Source: a virus
Length of the DNA: 64,000 nucleotides
Direction: 5' to 3' (one strand)
Virus record (IMG/VR): IMGVR_UViG_3300033145_001721
Span: 10,973 to 74,972 of that record
In this document: positions 27,964 through 38,179 of the stretch, piece after piece
How positions within the stretch are numbered: the first letter of the stretch is position 1
How the letters are laid out: each line of letters begins with the position of its first letter
Notes under the pieces: generated by a model
Seen by the model: the letters and a program-made list of their open reading frames with translations, nothing else
Databases searched by the model: none
What the model was told of the DNA's origin: nothing
Position numbers and translations under genes: made by a program

Positions 27964-28827
27964 TTATTCCGCAGGAATCCAAGCACAACGTCCATTTGGA
28001 TGGTGTGGTATCAATCCATGGGCGTCTTCAATTTTGTAAACTTCCCCCTCCTGATCCGCACAATATGGACACACACGATCATCACCTGCCGTTGACCATT
28101 CTACTTTTGCAGATACCTCTTTCACGCCCAACAAAGTAAAACTATCAAGCTGTCCCTCAGCATGAGCGTAAACAATCTCTGTCCGTGCAATGGTTGATGC
28201 GCGCCCACGCGAAAGCGTCTTAATGGACTTTCGCATTTCCCTTGCCACTTTTCTTGCACCTTGTCCATGTGCTACACCATCAGCCAGAATCCGACCCAAC
28301 TGATTTTTCATTGTGTCAGTCAAACCCTTCATATTCTCAAATGCTCGCTCGTACAGCATTTCGATTTTGCTAATCATTTCCGGCTGTAAAAAAGCACTCT
28401 TCAAAAACTGCTCCTGCGATCCACCATACCAAGCAGGAGACACTACCAAGTCAGCTTTGTGTACATCCGTATACGAACGCATCATTCCTTTGTGATATGC
28501 TGAATCAACATATGTTGCTGTCCATGCCTTTTTACCCAACACAGCATCGGTTTCCAAAACACCAGCGTTCACCTGCTGAGTAAGCCACGTTCTGAATTGC
28601 TTAACCTTCTGCGGATTAGTCAGAAACTTGTATTGATGGCGTATAGCGTTTTGCTGCATTGATAATTGAAAAGGTTTTGTCTCTTCCAAACCGAACGCAT
28701 CCATCGTCACAATTAAATTCCACAACTCCTTATCCAACCATCGCAACCGCCTACGTATATCTCGCACATAACGCATCCGCAATGAATAAGTGCGGGAAGG
28801 ATCTATATTCAACCAATGTGCTGGCAT
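27964..28827 (-). CDS. Head morphogenesis protein (SPP1 gp7 / Mu F-like)
   Basis: RASTIARTE...WSTAGDDRVCPYC...IPHHPNGRCAWIP. Confidence 0.88.
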   Translation of the reverse strand: MPAHWLNIDPSRTYSLRMRYVRDIRRRLRWLDKELWNLIVTMDAFGLEETKPFQLSMQQNAIRHQYKFLTNPQKVKQFRTWLTQQVNAGVLETDAVLGKKAWTATYVDSAYHKGMMRSYTDVHKADLVVSPAWYGGSQEQFLKSAFLQPEMISKIEMLYERAFENMKGLTDTMKNQLGRILADGVAHGQGARKVAREMRKSIKTLSRGRASTIARTEIVYAHAEGQLDSFTLLGVKEVSAKVEWSTAGDDRVCPYCADQEGEVYKIEDAHGLIPHHPNGRCAWIPAE

Positions 28828-29099
28828 CGTCTTCCTTCCTTACGGGGTTTCTCCAAAACCATCCATGGTGTTTTGTATGTATGGGCTTGGGGTGTTTGAA
28901 GGTATGATTCAATAGGTTGCTGCAAACATCGCTCCAAATATTTACAACGCTTCCAATAATGCCCCATGCAATTGCCACCCCAACACCGCATCAATCCCAA
29001 TCGTGCCGTACCTGAATCCAAAAACAAAAACTTCCAGCATCGCGTCAAATGTTTACGTTTCATACTTATCTCCAGCAAAAGCGATTCATATCCCTTATA

Positions 29100-30581
29100 T
29101 TATCGCTTCTCACCAGATTGTAGTTGGGGCTCAGGCAATTCCAGATCTTCCAAATCATCTTCTCTGTCTACAACATTATCCCCAATAGCTTCTGCTTGAT
29201 CTTCATCAAGACCCAAAATCGTAACCAAGAAATCCTTTTCCGATATCAATGCATCGACTTGGCCTTGCACATACTTAGACATAGCCTCTGTTTGGTCTTT
29301 TGCTGTTTCGGCTTTTTCCTTTGGAGTAGGTGTATCACGTTCCGGCCATTTAACGATGCATGGCTCCTCCGTCACAGGCAAAATACCTAACAACTGTAAT
29401 CGCTCAACAAACGGTCGAATAAGTAAAGGCGTAACATAGTTTTTCTGCCGACCACACACACGCTCCAGCCACGTCTTTCGATCCTGACCACCTGCCAACT
29501 TACCTTCCTCAGTACCCATAAAAACGCGATACGGAACATCAATACCAATACAAATGAGCAGAATTTGGGATTTGATATACGGTTCCGGATCGGTTAATTT
29601 TGGTGAGATGTCTTGTGCTTTCATACCGGATGAAAATAAATAACGTTGCATACCATCATAGTAATCACTCAAAGCTTCCTTCATCTCAGTTTTTTGATCA
29701 GCAGTCAACACAGTGCCCGCTGGCACAATTTCCGGATCGACGCCCCAAGCAGTACCACTAATACCAGCACGCCAAAACATCTCACCACTACTGGAACTGA
29801 TCTTACGCAAATCGAGAATATTATTGTAGACAGCTTGCAATCGAGACTCCCCAAACAACTCACTCGTCAAACGATTGTCCGCATAATGCAGTACTCTTGT
29901 CCAATGAATACGAATGTCCTTAGAAATACCCCCAGTACCCCCAGTAGTCACATTCTCCATCGTCACTTTGTAAAACAATGGCAATCCATAACGCGGACTA
30001 TTGGTGCTAGTTTCTCGCTTTTCAATAGTTACAGCCGATTCGTCAAAACATTTCACAAACAATAAACGGTGTCCTTTTGTAGCACCTGCAAAATCATCAG
30101 GCATCACACCGTCTACAATTTCAACCGACTCCACTGGAGTATCCAATTTACCACCATCATCAATACCCAAAAGCATCAGACCATAACGACCAATCCCCGA
30201 CAGCACATCCATGCGCTTCAAAAAATGCAAGACGTGTTTCTTTCGGCACAGCAAATCCCACGTCTTTTCAAACTCAGTCTCATCCTTTGTGTCCTCTGTT
30301 TCATACACATCCGGCAAACCCACCCAGCACTCATCAGGCCAAAGATTTACAACACGCCGCGCCACCCCATTACGATCAAACAACTTACGACATTGTGACG
30401 ATTCAATATCTGCTGGATAGCGACATTCATAATCGATATCCAAACCAGGGCTCAAAAACTGCAACAACGAATTCACACGCGATTGAGATCGCAATACATT
30501 TTGGTACAGCCCCTGCAATTGTTGATTCTCGACTGATGTATCTGACGATTTTGCCTTGTGTATTACTTTTTTCTTGGCCAT
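29100..30581 (-). CDS. Portal protein (DUF1073-like)
   Basis: 493 aa after TerL; RNGVARRVV...D.LSGIGRYG...PRYGLP..Y...IHWTRV...G.EEGKLAG..D. Confidence 0.85.
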   Translation of the reverse strand: MAKKKVIHKAKSSDTSVENQQLQGLYQNVLRSQSRVNSLLQFLSPGLDIDYECRYPADIESSQCRKLFDRNGVARRVVNLWPDECWVGLPDVYETEDTKDETEFEKTWDLLCRKKHVLHFLKRMDVLSGIGRYGLMLLGIDDGGKLDTPVESVEIVDGVMPDDFAGATKGHRLLFVKCFDESAVTIEKRETSTNSPRYGLPLFYKVTMENVTTGGTGGISKDIRIHWTRVLHYADNRLTSELFGESRLQAVYNNILDLRKISSSSGEMFWRAGISGTAWGVDPEIVPAGTVLTADQKTEMKEALSDYYDGMQRYLFSSGMKAQDISPKLTDPEPYIKSQILLICIGIDVPYRVFMGTEEGKLAGGQDRKTWLERVCGRQKNYVTPLLIRPFVERLQLLGILPVTEEPCIVKWPERDTPTPKEKAETAKDQTEAMSKYVQGQVDALISEKDFLVTILGLDEDQAEAIGDNVVDREDDLEDLELPEPQLQSGEKR

Positions 30582-30596
30582 GATTTATCCTCACAA

Positions 30597-32072
30597 TTAC
30601 AAATTGTTGAATCCTATTTGGAATGTTCCCTGGCACGTCTGTCCAAATGCCCCGGATAACGCATCAACTTGATCCTTGAATTTGCTGAACGGAAAATATT
30701 GTATCTCACCAATAAACGGTGCGTGCCATGCCTCTGGCAATCCGTCAATGTACCCCTCCGGGGCCAAATACATGTTTCCACCATTCACTTGGGATGCTAC
30801 CGGATCAGCACGCAACTCTTTACTGCCAGTAGGTCGATCAGCTACAATACGCCACCCAGCTAGATTGCGCATAGTGGCTTGTGCATCCCCCTTACCCGAA
30901 CCCCCTGGTTCCTGTTCAATCCCAACAACCACATGTTTACCATCTAACTCTGCTCGCTGCCTAATTCGATTTTCCCGTGCGCGGCTTTCTAACCGAAATC
31001 GATCCACATGAAGAATGCACCAATTCCCATCCAAATCTTTGCCCAACCGCAATCCTACCGTCCAACAACCATCATCATAGGTGGCAGCTTTATCCCAATA
31101 CCGAATCTGTTTAACCCATTTTCTAGGATTGGTAGGATCGGGAGGAGATTTGACAATCAATTTATTAGCCTGAAACATACCACCCCCGACGGGAACAGGT
31201 GATTGGTCATATTGACCCGCATACATAAAATCGCCACTTGCTTTGAGTTCCCGAAGTGCTGCCCGACCTAAACGTTTGGGGTTGAGCATTTTGTCTTGAT
31301 CATAATAATATTTCTTTAGGCTCGCAGGCTTTACCAATGGCGATAATGTAGCAGGCAAACAAACATGTTTCACACGAATCTCCCCGCGTTCCGCCATATC
31401 CAAAAGAAATCCTGTAGGATCTTCTTGAGACAACCGCTGCATTATGAGTATAGTAGGCACTAAATCTATTGAGCGCTTTCTGGATGGCAATGCTTCCAGA
31501 ATAAACTCTTTGACTGCTTTCGTTTCTGCAATAGACCTAGCTGCCCTAGGATTTAATGGATCATCTATAACCACCAAATCTCCATGCTTCCCAGTTATGC
31601 TGCCTTGTGTGCCCGCACTATATCTCACGCCACCAGCTTTCGTGCCATACGTGCCGACAGCATTCATGTCACCTCGAATTACAACTTCTGGAAAGCAATC
31701 TTTGTACTTTTCACTCCGTATCAAATCTCTAGCTTTACGCGCATGCCCCACCATCAAATTTTGCTCGTAAGAACAACCGATGAAATTCATAGATGGGTTT
31801 CTAGCCCATATCCATCCATGCAAAAACATCGCAAATATCGTAGACTTGAGACTGACCGGGGGGATATTGTATATGATATAATCATAACGTTTCTTTTTGC
31901 GTGCTAGTATTCGCTCCACTTCGCGTTGTGCATCCCAACACAAATACTTAATGTGCCAATTGGATTGGAGCGGTTCATTCTGTACGACTATAGGCCAAAA
32001 CTCTTTCACGAATTCGTAGAAAGATTTCCGCGTAATACTCCGGATGATATCGTATTCACGAAACGAAATCAT
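30597..32072 (-). CDS. terL: Terminase large subunit
   Basis: NIPP...KST (Walker A variant), ITGKHGDLVVIDDP, IMQRL, GQYDQSP, YWDKA, DQVDALSGAF. Confidence 0.93.
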   Translation of the reverse strand: MISFREYDIIRSITRKSFYEFVKEFWPIVVQNEPLQSNWHIKYLCWDAQREVERILARKKKRYDYIIYNIPPVSLKSTIFAMFLHGWIWARNPSMNFIGCSYEQNLMVGHARKARDLIRSEKYKDCFPEVVIRGDMNAVGTYGTKAGGVRYSAGTQGSITGKHGDLVVIDDPLNPRAARSIAETKAVKEFILEALPSRKRSIDLVPTILIMQRLSQEDPTGFLLDMAERGEIRVKHVCLPATLSPLVKPASLKKYYYDQDKMLNPKRLGRAALRELKASGDFMYAGQYDQSPVPVGGGMFQANKLIVKSPPDPTNPRKWVKQIRYWDKAATYDDGCWTVGLRLGKDLDGNWCILHVDRFRLESRARENRIRQRAELDGKHVVVGIEQEPGGSGKGDAQATMRNLAGWRIVADRPTGSKELRADPVASQVNGGNMYLAPEGYIDGLPEAWHAPFIGEIQYFPFSKFKDQVDALSGAFGQTCQGTFQIGFNNL

Positions 32073-32836
32073 GCGACAACCTCAGCCTCTATCGCTTTCG
32101 CCTTACGTACATGTGCAAGTATTTGCTTCTGTATGGGCAATGGCAAATCCAAACTCTCCATAGGAAACACTTTATGATTGTGATCGATTTGGCCTTGTAT
32201 ATTAACATCCACAGACGCTTTATCCCCATACCCCCGTTTTTTCAATCGTGATCGCGCTACTGCCAATGTAGCCGACTCACTGCCAGCTTGCACTAAACGA
32301 ATCAAACTGCTCTCAAACATATCGTCCTTTATGTCCTCAATTTCATGAACAAGCTTTTGAAAATCAGGATCTAAATACCATGTTTGAAATGTAGCTCGCT
32401 TAATGCCCACTTTACGACAAGCGGCCGCTATGGAAAAGGAAGATTTGACGAGAGCACACAAAAACAAATGTTGACGAAAATCTTTTCCGTAGTGGGCAAA
32501 CATGGCTTCCACTTTTTCAATACCAACGTTCGCCCGATGCATACGGTCAAGCTTATGCCAAAGCTGCTTCATTGGCTCACTCAGCCTGTCATAAACATAA
32601 TCCCCCATATCGTAAGTACACTTACGCGATTCCTTGCGCCAACGTCGCCCTCTGTGAATTGCATAACGAAACGTCGGACGTGTTTGAATCCAATTGTCAA
32701 TCGTAGGTTTACTGATATTCAAAACTTTGGCTATCTGTGATAGCTTCAATCCATCACGTGCTAATTCATAGCCCACAATAGCCAATTCGGGTTTCCACTT
32801 CCTCATCCACTTTTTCTTGCCCCCAACCATTTGCAT
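32069..32836 (-). CDS. terS: Terminase small subunit (two HTH-like segments)
   Basis: Immediately upstream of terL; QIAKVLNISKPTIDNW and IAAACRKVGIKRATF..W...PDF; probable start MQMVG with AGGAG RBS. Confidence 0.75.
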   Translation of the reverse strand: MQMVGGKKKWMRKWKPELAIVGYELARDGLKLSQIAKVLNISKPTIDNWIQTRPTFRYAIHRGRRWRKESRKCTYDMGDYVYDRLSEPMKQLWHKLDRMHRANVGIEKVEAMFAHYGKDFRQHLFLCALVKSSFSIAAACRKVGIKRATFQTWYLDPDFQKLVHEIEDIKDDMFESSLIRLVQAGSESATLAVARSRLKKRGYGDKASVDVNIQGQIDHNHKVFPMESLDLPLPIQKQILAHVRKAKAIEAEVVA

Positions 32837-32875
32837 TGTACTCCTTCTAAAAACAAAAACCGAATATACACACAT

Positions 32876-33084
32876 TAGATATACACCATATATACAAAAT
32901 TACTATAATTTTCGCATAAAAAAGTATCGATTCTAAACTAATAACCCATATTTTAGATAAAAACTTACATTTCGACTTCTAAAAATCTAAGATTTCTAAG
33001 CTTTTCGCTTTACCCAATAAGCTACTGTAGATATACTAACGGTACCACAAACAAGGACTGAAATATTAACACAGGAGGTATCAA
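32876..33084. promoter_or_regulatory. AT-rich divergent control region between the packaging and replication arms
   Basis: Non-coding, AT-rich, strand switch point. Confidence 0.6.
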
Positions 33085-33642
33085 ATGTCTAGTATGTCTT
33101 TACATAAAGACGTAACTGCTGACAAAGCTTTACACGAAGACATTTCAACCGAAACGTTTGAACAGTGCAAAAATCTAATGTACCAATACGTCTGGAAATT
33201 CTACAACCGCTATGGAGGCGATTTCAACGACTGGGTCAGTGAAGGTCATCTGATATTCATGAAATGTATAGTCTCATACAACAATAAATATGCTTTCACA
33301 ACCTGGTTTACATTCAAGCTCCAAAAGGGTTTCATCTCTGTCATACGGAAAAAATTAGCACAATCGGTACCCAACATCACGTATAACACTAAGCTCACAA
33401 AGGCTCTAAACCCCGCATACCACACAACATTCTTCACCAGGCGAGAACAAGTATCTGATCGTACATGGACCCTCCACCAAGTAATCCAATATCCACCACG
33501 TGAACTAGATGGTGAAATTGACGCTGATGATCCAATCAATACACTAGATGCCATCATGTGGTACTGTGCTACAAAATTCCAATGGACAAAATTACAAGTC
33601 CTTGAAAGCCTAATCGAACTATGGGAATGCAGTCAACTATGA
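33085..33642 (+). CDS. Sigma-factor-like protein (region 2)
   Basis: NLMYQYVWKF...DFNDWVSEGHLIFMKC..SY....AFTTW; AGGAGG RBS. Confidence 0.6.
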   Translation: MSSMSLHKDVTADKALHEDISTETFEQCKNLMYQYVWKFYNRYGGDFNDWVSEGHLIFMKCIVSYNNKYAFTTWFTFKLQKGFISVIRKKLAQSVPNITYNTKLTKALNPAYHTTFFTRREQVSDRTWTLHQVIQYPPRELDGEIDADDPINTLDAIMWYCATKFQWTKLQVLESLIELWECSQL

Positions 33643-33673
33643 CATCGCTATATAAATATCAAAAGGAAATAAA

Positions 33674-34210
33674 ATGCCTACAGGAATATACCATAGAACA
33701 AAAACCCAATTGAAAGCGGTTAAAAAGAACCTCGCAAAAGGACGAACCAAAAAAGCCAGAAAGAAAGCAGCCAAAACACTTACAAAAATTGCTAAAGACC
33801 CGAAATGGAGATCCATGGTATCTGAAAATACAAAAAAAGCAATGCATGACCCAATAATTAGAAAAAAACATTTAGATGGGATGGCGAAGGCACACAAAAA
33901 ATACGGTGTGAATTTCAAAGGTGGAAATGGACTGTCCCCTACTCCCATCATACGATTAGCTGATAGATTACTAAAACTTTGTGGATACGAAAGAGAACTT
34001 GCAGTAAAAACAAAACCCGTAAGATCCAAATTCAGAAACAAAAAACTGCCAGATTGTTACAAAATTGATTTTGGAAATCGTGAAGAAATGATAGCCATAG
34101 AATTTGATGGGCAGTGCCACCAATCCCTTCGACAACAAAAAATAGACAAGAAGAAAACAAAGGTTCTACAAGAACTCGGATGGACGGTTGTTAGGTTGAA
34201 ACACAAATGA
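33674..34210 (+). mobile_element. Free-standing homing-endonuclease-like gene (basic N-terminus + DUF559/Vsr-like nuclease)
   Basis: MPTGIYHRT...; YKIDFG....IAIEFDGQCH...D.KK...LQELGWTVVR. Confidence 0.7.
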
Positions 34211-35559
34211 CTAAACTATTCCCATATCAAAAGCAAGGTATATTAGCAATAGAACGGCTCAATGGCCGTGCGTTGTTGGCTGATTCCATGGGTCTGGGCA
34301 AAACCATCCAAGCTCTATACTACATTCGCCGAAATCGAGCAGCCACAACCCCTACGCTCATCATATCCCCAGCTATAGCCAAATGGGAATGGCAAGAGCA
34401 AGCACGCAAGCACGCACAACTCAACATCACCGTAGGCGAATCCTTTACCGCCCCCAAACATTTCGATCCGAAACGACACAAACGCATAGTCATCAATTAT
34501 GAAATTGCACTGTACTGGTCACGATTCATTATCCGCCACATGCATCCACAATGTCTAATCCTTGATGAATCCCATTACATCAAATCTATAGATGCCGAAC
34601 GCACCGAAATCATTCGTAAAATCGGTGCAAACATTCCCCACATCATAGCCATATCCGGTACACCACTACTCAGTCGCCCCATCGAACTGTTCCCTACCAT
34701 CAATCTACTTTGGCCTAAATCCTTTCCCAATTTCCTATCATACGCCACACGCTACTGCAAACCCAAAATTACATTCGGACGATGGGACTTTACAGGTGCC
34801 TGTAAATTGCCATTGCTGCAAGCCAAACTAAAACGACTGGGAATGATTCGACGACTGACGAAAGATGTACAAAAAGAACTGCCCAACATACACCGAATCA
34901 TCAAACTTGTACACATTGACAATGGGACTGAATACTCCAAAGCACGCGACGATTTCAAAGCGTGGATATCTAAAACCAAAGGCCAAAAAAAGAACCGTGA
35001 ATGGAGCGCTGAACGATTAGTCCGCAATGGCTATCTACGTCGATTGGCAGCGCAAGGAAAAATAACCGCAATCATCGAATGGATCGAATCATTCCTGGAA
35101 GAGAATAACGGCAAACTTGTATTGTTTGCACACCACCACTTTGTAATCGATGCTATACTGAAACGATTTTCCAGCTGCGCCGTTTCCGTTTATGGAAAAA
35201 CCGATGGCAAAGCAAAACACCGCATCGTAAAACAATTTCAAACATCCAAACGCATCCGCATATTTATCGGATCGTTGGCTGCAAAAGAAGCCATTACACT
35301 CACAGCAGCTAACACATTAGCCTTTGCTGAATTGTGGGATGTGCCCGGTTGGCACAAACAAGCTGAACAGCGCATCCGTCGAATCGGACAAAAAAGCAAA
35401 CACGTGCTAGTCTACTATTTTATCGCCGAAGGAACTGTTGATATCGAAGTAGCCGAACGCATAGAAAGAAAACAAAATATTGTTACCCAAACGCTTGATG
35501 GTAAACGAAAAGATCAACAGCTAAACATTCACACATTATACCTCAGGAGCCAAAAATGA
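34207..35559 (+). CDS. SNF2-family helicase
   Basis: LADSMGLGKT, LDESH, SGTP, QAEQRIRRIGQ. Confidence 0.92.
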   Translation: MTKLFPYQKQGILAIERLNGRALLADSMGLGKTIQALYYIRRNRAATTPTLIISPAIAKWEWQEQARKHAQLNITVGESFTAPKHFDPKRHKRIVINYEIALYWSRFIIRHMHPQCLILDESHYIKSIDAERTEIIRKIGANIPHIIAISGTPLLSRPIELFPTINLLWPKSFPNFLSYATRYCKPKITFGRWDFTGACKLPLLQAKLKRLGMIRRLTKDVQKELPNIHRIIKLVHIDNGTEYSKARDDFKAWISKTKGQKKNREWSAERLVRNGYLRRLAAQGKITAIIEWIESFLEENNGKLVLFAHHHFVIDAILKRFSSCAVSVYGKTDGKAKHRIVKQFQTSKRIRIFIGSLAAKEAITLTAANTLAFAELWDVPGWHKQAEQRIRRIGQKSKHVLVYYFIAEGTVDIEVAERIERKQNIVTQTLDGKRKDQQLNIHTLYLRSQK

Positions 35560-35720
35560 AACACCAAAAACATGTATCCATCCTATTCATTAAAACAGGA
35601 GAAACATTCCCGGAAGAACTGAAAAATGCTTTCTCCGCAGAATGCCGACGTCGTGGCACCACTATGACCAAAGCGCTGGCACGACTTATCCGTAAATGGC
35701 TACAAAACCCCACAGCATAA
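35556..35720 (+). CDS. Ribbon-helix-helix-like DNA-binding protein (54 aa)
   Basis: Not in the track. MKHQKHVSILFIK...PEELKNAFSAECRRRGTTMTKALARLIRKWL; AGGAG RBS; ATGA overlap with the helicase stop. Confidence 0.65.
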   Translation: MKHQKHVSILFIKTGETFPEELKNAFSAECRRRGTTMTKALARLIRKWLQNPTA

Positions 35721-35734
35721 GATAAGGTTGACCC

Positions 35735-36607
35735 ATGGATTTTGAAACACTATTACAATCAAATGGGATACGTATAGCACCAGAAGGGCACCACCATGCT
35801 AGATATGGGTGGTTGCAATTTGACTGCCCATTCTGTGGTACAAACAGTGGCAAATATCATATGGGCTATGACCTCACCAACAAATACGTCAACTGTTGGA
35901 ACTGTGGTCACCATTCCATTATCGAAACCATGGCAGTCCTATTTGGCATATCTTATACTGAAGCCAAAACGATTGCCAAAAGTATTCGGCCGGAACGACA
36001 GAAACTAAAATCACACACAGGTCAATTCGTCAAACCGGCTGAAGTAGGCTCATTGCACGCCGCACACAAACGGTACATAAAATCCCGTGGATTCGACTGG
36101 CATCACATCGCTGAATTATGGTCTGTGCAAGGCATTGCCTTAGCTAATCCCGCTATGCAATGGCGATTGTTCCTACCCATATTTTATCAAGGCGAACGTG
36201 TCAGTTGGACAACCAGGGCTATCGATGCCAACATACGTCCCCGATATCTTTCTGCCAAACCAAAATACGAAACCATTCCACACAAAACGTTATTGTATGG
36301 GGAAGACTTCGCACGGCATGCAATCGTCATCGTAGAGGGACCAATAGACGCATGGGCTATTGGCCCTGGAGCAGTTGCAACCTTTGGTTTGTCCATCACC
36401 TCCGCACAAGTTCTCAAAATGTCAAAATACCCCATACGCGCCGTCTGCCTCGATAATACAAAAGAGGCACAAGCCACTGCCAGAAAGCTTGTAGACTCGT
36501 TGTCCGGATATGAAGGCGAAACGTACAATATACAATTGAGTGGAAAAGACGCAGCTGAATCGCCTTCCACTGAATTGGAACGAATCAGAAAGGAGATTTT
36601 AACATGA
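35735..36607 (+). CDS. DNA primase (Zn finger + TOPRIM)
   Basis: CPFC...CWNCG, IVEGPIDA, CLDN, KDAAE. Confidence 0.85.
   Translation: MDFETLLQSNGIRIAPEGHHHARYGWLQFDCPFCGTNSGKYHMGYDLTNKYVNCWNCGHHSIIETMAVLFGISYTEAKTIAKSIRPERQKLKSHTGQFVKPAEVGSLHAAHKRYIKSRGFDWHHIAELWSVQGIALANPAMQWRLFLPIFYQGERVSWTTRAIDANIRPRYLSAKPKYETIPHKTLLYGEDFARHAIVIVEGPIDAWAIGPGAVATFGLSITSAQVLKMSKYPIRAVCLDNTKEAQATARKLVDSLSGYEGETYNIQLSGKDAAESPSTELERIRKEILT
36521..36607 (+). repeat. 87-bp direct repeat, copy A (primase 3' end + RBS/ATG)
   Basis: Matches 38093-38179 with 9 mismatches. Confidence 0.92.
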
Positions 36608-37566
36608 AAATCAAAGTTTCCAGAATCAAACCAAATCCATACCGGCGGATCAAAACCTATCCGATAGACGAAGATAAAGTCAAGCGGCTTGAAACCTCAA
36701 TCCAAGAAACAACTTTTTGGGATAACCTCGTTGCACGTCCCCATCCTAAAAGAGAGGGATATTTCCAATTAGCATATGGACACCATCGACTTATGGCTCT
36801 CGAAAATCTGGGTATCAATACAATAGACATCCCAGTCCGTAACATCGACAATGCCACGATGCTCCGAATCATGGCTAATGAAAACCTGGAATGGAATCAA
36901 TGCCCCGCCGTCATCAACGAAACCGTCCATGCCGCCCGTGATTTCTTGGACAGGGAACTGAAAAAGTATGCTACATGGGAAGAAGCTAAATGCCCTAATA
37001 AATTTATTAGGGCATTATTCACCGGAACAAAAGGAGACTTCAAACATTGCAAAAATCATGGTGTAGGCCAAACAACCATCCTCAAGTTCCTCGGCAAGAA
37101 CTGGGAAGGTAAACGGTGGATGATTCAGGAGGCTTTAAGTCTCTTAGACAACAAAGATGATGTCGATATTGAAGCCGTAGAAAGTCTTGAGACTATGGGA
37201 AAGGCTCGGGAGTTTCACAAGGCTATAAAAGAGCACAAAATCCCAAAAGAACGACATAAGAAACTAGCGAAGAAGTGCAAAAATAAAGGCGATAAGAAAA
37301 TAGGCCAACGCAGAATACGAGAGATAGTGCGGGAGGAATCAGACGATCCATCAATTGACTTGGAAAAGAAGTTCAATGAGATGAAAACAGCATCGAAGCA
37401 TTTGCGTGAAGCAGTCGTAGCCTTTCAAACTTTCTGCAATGACCTGAATGTCACAACACTCAAAGGGATGGAAGTCGAAGCGGGCTGGATGGAACTTGCA
37501 CTGTGCATGCGGACTATCAAAGATTTTGTGGCCTCTATGAAAGAATCAGAAGATGAAAACGAGTGA
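36604..37566 (+). CDS. ParB/Srx N-terminal-domain protein
   Basis: IKPNPY...L..SI...F...LVAR...QLAYGHHRLMAL...ANEN. Confidence 0.8.
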   Translation: MKIKVSRIKPNPYRRIKTYPIDEDKVKRLETSIQETTFWDNLVARPHPKREGYFQLAYGHHRLMALENLGINTIDIPVRNIDNATMLRIMANENLEWNQCPAVINETVHAARDFLDRELKKYATWEEAKCPNKFIRALFTGTKGDFKHCKNHGVGQTTILKFLGKNWEGKRWMIQEALSLLDNKDDVDIEAVESLETMGKAREFHKAIKEHKIPKERHKKLAKKCKNKGDKKIGQRRIREIVREESDDPSIDLEKKFNEMKTASKHLREAVVAFQTFCNDLNVTTLKGMEVEAGWMELALCMRTIKDFVASMKESEDENE

Positions 37567-38092
37567 ACTATACAACCGTCTATATGAAGCATTCCGCAAC
37601 TTCAAAACAAAAAAACATGGAAAAGATTATTCAAACGACCAATGGGTGCAGCTATCCTATCTACAGGTTGACCGTGCTTTGGGTTTACCAAAAATGCCGA
37701 GTCGAAAGTTTCCAGGCCCCCGAAGACTTCACGGCCTACGTCGATCCCAACTGATCGGCAAAATTGACAAATACACCAGAAGACACGAGAAGCCATTCCG
37801 ATTTGAAATTCTGCCGAAACAAGGCTGTCAGATTTGGCACACGTCAACTGATATTGCCCAATATGAAATCAGACGTGCAAACAAGTATTCTTTACACAGG
37901 GCTAAACTCAACAGAAAACGTCTGGACGATACTCTCATACTACCCGACATCGATCCAAAACACCGACAAATGATAAAAGCCAAACGAGCACGAGAATTAG
38001 CTGATGTCAAATCATACAATGAGATGGAAAAATTACTCGTCATGTACGAACAACCTCCATCAAAACAAAAAGCATTGCCCAAACCAAAATAG
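37553..38092 (+). CDS. Hypothetical basic protein (partner of the ParB-like gene)
   Basis: Overlaps the ParB-like stop; lies within the repeat-flanked cassette. Confidence 0.55.
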   Translation: MKTSELYNRLYEAFRNFKTKKHGKDYSNDQWVQLSYLQVDRALGLPKMPSRKFPGPRRLHGLRRSQLIGKIDKYTRRHEKPFRFEILPKQGCQIWHTSTDIAQYEIRRANKYSLHRAKLNRKRLDDTLILPDIDPKHRQMIKAKRARELADVKSYNEMEKLLVMYEQPPSKQKALPKPK

Positions 38093-38179
38093 ACATACAA
38101 TATACAATTGAGCGGGAAAGACGCAGCCGAATCGCCTTCCGATGAATTGAAACGAATTAGAAAGGAAATTTTAACATGA
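38093..38179 (+). repeat. 87-bp direct repeat, copy B (orphan primase 3' end)
   Basis: Would encode TYNIQLSGKDAAESPSDELKRIRKEILT versus primase TYNIQLSGKDAAESPSTELERIRKEILT. Confidence 0.92.

Noticed and set aside
28751-29078. Small ORFs between the portal and gp7-like genes
   Set aside because: Competing frames and no recognisable motif; I could not decide which, if any, is real.
29100-30581. Possible anti-CBASS Acb1 label sometimes attached to DUF1073 proteins
   Set aside because: Size and position between terL and the gp7-like gene indicate a portal; no HxT phosphoesterase motif pair noticed.
36521-38179. Diverged repeat pair as a DGR template/variable region
   Set aside because: Differences are not adenine-specific, are mostly synonymous, and no reverse transcriptase is visible.
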